Part shown: piece after piece, positions 60,901 to 64,000 of the stretch
Numbering within the stretch: the first letter of the stretch is position 1
How the letters are laid out: the number at the start of each line of letters is the position of its first letter
Assembly (NCBI RefSeq): GCF_963506605.1
Contig: NC_083281.1
Location: 1,054,001 to 1,118,000 of the forward strand
From: Zootoca vivipara
Taxonomy: Eukaryota
Reading direction: 5' to 3'
DNA length: 64,000 nt
The notes under the pieces: model-generated
What the model saw: the letters and a program-made list of their open reading frames with translations, nothing else
Told to the model about the DNA's origin: nothing
Databases searched by the model: none
Program-made: the position numbers and the translations under genes

Positions 60901-62676
60901 GAGAAAAAGTTATTATTTATATGCTACCCATCCGACTGGGTTGCCCCGGCCACATTGGTTGGCTTCCAAGATACAGTGGTGCCTCGCAAGACAAATTTAA
61001 TTCATTCTGTGAGTCAATTCGTTTTGCGAAAATTCGTCTTGCGAATCCCATAGGAATGCATTAAAAAATTATTTTATTTTATTTTTTGCCCATAGGAACA
61101 CATTAATTGAATTTCAATGCATTCCTGTGGGAAATCTCAATTCGCTAGACAGATTTTTCACAAAACGAATTTGCCTTGCGAGGCAACCTCCGATCGCAAA
61201 ACCCATTCGTCTAGTGAAAAATTTGTCTAGCAGGGCATTCGTCTAGCGAGGTACCACTGTACATAAAACCATAATAAAACATTACACCTTAAAAGGTTTC
61301 CCTGTACAGGGCTGCCTTCAGCTGTCTTCTAAAGGTTGCAAAGTTGTTTATCTCCTTGACATCTGATGGGAGGGTGTTCCACAGGGCAGGCACCACTACC
61401 GAAAAGGCCCTCTGCCTAGTTCCCTGTAACCTCACTTCTCGCAGGGAGGGAACCGCCAGAAGTCCCTCGGGAGATGCTCCTTGAGGTCTACTGGGCTGTT
61501 TAGGGCTTTCAAGGTCAGCACCAACCCTTTGAATTGTGCTCGGAAACCTCCTGGGAGCCAATGCAGGTCTTTCAGGACCGGTGTTATGTGGTCTCGGTGG
61601 CCGCTCCCAGTCCCCAGTCTGGCTGCCGCATTCTGGATTAGTTGCAGTTACTGGGGCACCTTCAAAGGGAGCCCCACGGAGAGTGCATGGCAGTAGTCCA
61701 AGCAGGAGATAGCCAGAGGTATCTGTTGTCAAGGGGGAGCCAGACTCTTTCCTGCTGCTCCAGAGGGCAGGACCCCCAACACCCCCCCCCCTGTGGGCAA
61801 CAAACTGAACCTCCGGCTGAACTTTCTGAAGCTTCCCCTCTTCCCCGCTCTCCTCTCTCCCTTCCCAGCCAGCGGAAGCAGCAGCGGGATCTCCTGGCCG
61901 CCTTGCAGAAAGTGGTGGTCCCCATCTACTGCACCAGCTTCCTGGCCGTGGAGGAGGACAAGCAGCAGAAGATTGCCCGGGTGAGCCGCCCTGGCGTGGC
62001 CTCGGGGGTGCCCAGGGCCCTGCCTGCAGCCCCAGAGCCCAATAACAGCCCCTCTCTCCCTCTTGGTTTCCCACAGCTCCTTCAGCTGTGGGAGAAGAAC
62101 GGCTACTTCGACGAGGCCATTATCCAGCAGCTCCAGAGCCCGGCCCTCGGATTGGGCCAGTACCAGGTGAGGGAGGGGAGCAGGAGGAGGAGAGGAGGCC
62201 GAGGGGATGGTGATGAGAGCAAACGGCCAGGTCTCCCCAGAAAACGGCTCCCTTCTTCAGGAAGAGGTTTTGGCGAAGCGTGACAGATGAGGGGGGGAAG
62301 GAATTCTTGGGAATATGAGACGGCAGGACACCGCACTTCCAAGCACCAGGTCGTGGCAGAGATGCATTGCTCACTAAATAAAAATGCACGGCGCAAAAAA
62401 GAGGAAAATTTATCTTGCAGTAAAAGTTTCCCCCCGAGGTGACCAAGTCCGGGTTCTGCACAGATATTATTATCCTCATCATCGATATCATTATCATTTA
62501 TTATTATTATCATTTTATTGAAAAAGAAGAGAAGCCTTCTGGAGGACTAGAAACTTGAGGCCTACAAAACATTGGGATGCAGTTTTTTCTTTGCGGGGGT
62601 GGGGGTCGGTAAGCCGAGCCCCACCTAATTGATCATATGACGAAGCACATGAATGTGTCCTGTTTTTTGGCAACCC

Positions 62677-62710
<34 letters not shown>

Positions 62711-63778
62711 TACTACTACTACTACTACTACTACTGGTGTTGTTGTTCAGTTAATTCTTCTTGTTATTTATATGCCGTGCATTTGACTGGGTTGCGCCAG
62801 CCGCCCTGGGTGGCTTCTGGCAAACAAAAACATCAAACGTTAAAAACCGCCCGTGGCCAAGTTGCTCTTTTTCATTTCATTTCGCTCTTGGTTTGCGTTC
62901 CGCCTCCCCTGCGTCGCTGCTAGTGGACGGTGGGAGTTGCAGTCCGACAACAGCCAGGGGGACGCCGAGTTCGAGAGAAACTCAGCGTTGACGTATTAAT
63001 GCAAACCGCTTAGTTAAAACTATGGGGCTTTCCTTCATGCCATGAGATTTGCTTTGGAGGGCAGCATACAAATAAACCTGGGAGGGTTACTCTTGAGTAG
63101 AACTGTTCTCAGAGACCACCCTCTTTCCTCCAATGTTTGTGGTGCCTTAAAAAGAGCCCCCCGCCTGTTTTTGAATGAATGAGACGCGTTTCCTTTGTAA
63201 GATTCCTCTTCTCTGTCCTCCCCCCCCCCCGGGCAAATGCCACCCCCTTCCCCGTGGTCCTGGCAGGCCACCCTGATCACGGAGTTTGGCAGCGTGGTGC
63301 AGCCGGTCCAACTGGCCTTCCAGCAACAGATCCAGACCCTCAAAACCCAGCACGAGGAGTTTGTCAGCAGTCTCAGCCAGCAGCAGCAACAGCAACAGCA
63401 GCCGCAGCCGCAACTGCAAATCCCAGCTCCGGAAAGCGAAGTGAAGGCCGCCCCCGCCCCACCTCCGCCAGCCGCCCCCATCACTCCCACAGGTACCGTT
63501 GGGGTCCCCGTTCATGGTGGGGGTATACCTCCCCCCCTGCCCTTTCTGAGCCCACCCCACCCCAAACGAGCTTGACTCTCACGTCCACATTTGTTTCAGA
63601 CGAAGGGAAGCCACAGCTGCCGCTGCCAGGCTCCGCCGAGTACGAGGCCGCGGGGGCTGGGGCCGCCGACTCGGCCACACCTGGACCCCGGGGGCCCGGC
63701 CCCCATGACCACATCCCCCCCAACAAGCCGCCCTGGTTCGAGCAGCCACATCCTGTCACCCCCTGGGCGCAGCAGCAG
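52210..63778 (+). CDS. CHERP: Calcium homeostasis ER protein (SURP + CID domains), 5' part; exons 52210-52249, 53376-53549, 55124-55317, 57047-57184, 60045-60196, 61869-61980, 62077-62166, 63267-63492, 63600-63778; continues beyond the window
   Basis: [55 protein letters not shown] (SURP) ... AGKNWMFSNAKSPQHCELMAGHLRNRI... (CID) ... polyQ. Perfect Kozak gccgccgccATGG and GT-AG introns with consistent phases. Confidence 0.96.
52550..53255 (+). repeat. Degenerate ~146-bp tandem repeat with CTACTC(T/C)GAGTAG palindromes, interrupted by an L2 end (52803-53057, minus)
   Basis: Palindrome at 52556, 52671, 52702, 53101, 53205 and 53236. Confidence 0.8.
54229..54364. mobile_element. hAT-Charlie-type MITE
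   Basis: 8-bp TSD gtttaaag (54221-54228, 54365-54372). Confidence 0.9.
54504..55020 (+). mobile_element. L2 LINE 3' fragment
   Basis: Similar to 7768-8325; (TAT)n tracts. Confidence 0.85.
55624..55970 (+). mobile_element. Sauria SINE (near full length)
   Basis: gggacgcgggtggcactgtgggttaaacc head with B-box ggttcgaatc, core ggcagttcgaaagcac…gtgcaagtagataaatagg, 3' acctt tail. Confidence 0.9.
56365..56742 (+). mobile_element. Sauria SINE (near full length)
   Basis: Same family; (accttt)n tail. Confidence 0.9.
57290..57712 (+). mobile_element. CpG-rich hAT-type MITE (copy 2)
   Basis: Perfect 8-bp TSD cccagagg (57282-57289, 57713-57720); near-identical to 21917-22361. Confidence 0.9.
57773..58173 (-). 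mobile_element. RTE-BovB 3' fragment
   Basis: ORF 57782..58195 is the BovB C-terminus; (TTG)n tail; TSD gtgctggatat/gtactggatat. Confidence 0.92.
58460..59350 (-). mobile_element. Non-autonomous Helitron (rolling-circle transposon) with internal ~152-bp tandem repeat
   Basis: Minus strand reads A|TCCTATATAATAA… …AGCCCGTT-ATTG-AACGGGCT-GAAATACA-CTAG|T; no TSD. Confidence 0.88.
60435..60668 (-). mobile_element. CR1 LINE 3' end
   Basis: Same sequence as 12985-13212. Confidence 0.85.
60972..61261. mobile_element. Tc1/mariner (Tigger-like) MITE
   Basis: TA|cagtggtgcctcgcaagac / gtctagcgaggtaccactg|TA. Confidence 0.85.
61262..61720 (-). mobile_element. L2 LINE 3' fragment
   Basis: Reverse complement of the common L2 end. 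Confidence 0.83.
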
Positions 63779-63820
63779 GTACTTTGGGTGGGCAGCTGGA
63801 GGGGAGGGCTTGGGTGGTAG

Positions 63821-64000
63821 TAATAATAATAATTTTATTATTTATACCCAGCCCATCTGGCTGTGTTTCCCCAGCCACTCTGGGTGGCTCCCAATAGAAT
63901 ATTAAAAACTGAATAAAGCTTCCCTCAACAGGGCTGCCTTCAGATGTCTTCTAAAAGTCAGGTTGTTTATTCTCTTGACATCTGACGGGGAGGGCGTTCC
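63821..64000 (-). mobile_element. L2 LINE 3' end (runs off window)
   Basis: (AAT)n tail plus reverse complement of the common L2 end. Confidence 0.8.

Overview
Eukaryotic, GC-rich squamate (very probably lacertid lizard) genomic DNA with four assembly gaps (3674-3819, 3912-4395, 14849-14977, 27921-28050). It carries a five-gene block in the order I recall for human 19p13.11. TMEM38A is on the minus strand (6 coding exons, 299 aa, exon 4 partly in a gap) and lies head-to-head with SMIM7 (5 exons, 75 aa). These are followed on the plus strand by MED26 (3 exons, 604 aa), SLC35E1 (6 exons, 426 aa) and the first 9 coding exons of CHERP. Introns and intergenic DNA are dense with squamate repeats: RTE-BovB, L2, CR1 and Rex1/Babar LINEs, Sauria and tRNA/CR1-tail SINEs, hAT MITEs with 8-bp TSDs, Tc1/mariner-Tigger MITEs, two solo-LTR-like elements and several minisatellites. 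The most notable observations are: (1) a structurally complete non-autonomous Helitron (58460-59350, minus) nested with a BovB in one hAT MITE; (2) a hAT MITE family carrying ETS/YY1-like motif arrays and consensus splice donors on both strands; (3) a young, ORF-intact BovB between the divergent TMEM38A and SMIM7 promoters; (4) a probable GC-AG first intron and a MEF2/E-box candidate enhancer in TMEM38A; (5) local tandem amplifications at the edges of the CpG-island promoters. I found no convincing novel protein-coding system. Gene and repeat names come from recalled homology, not database searches.
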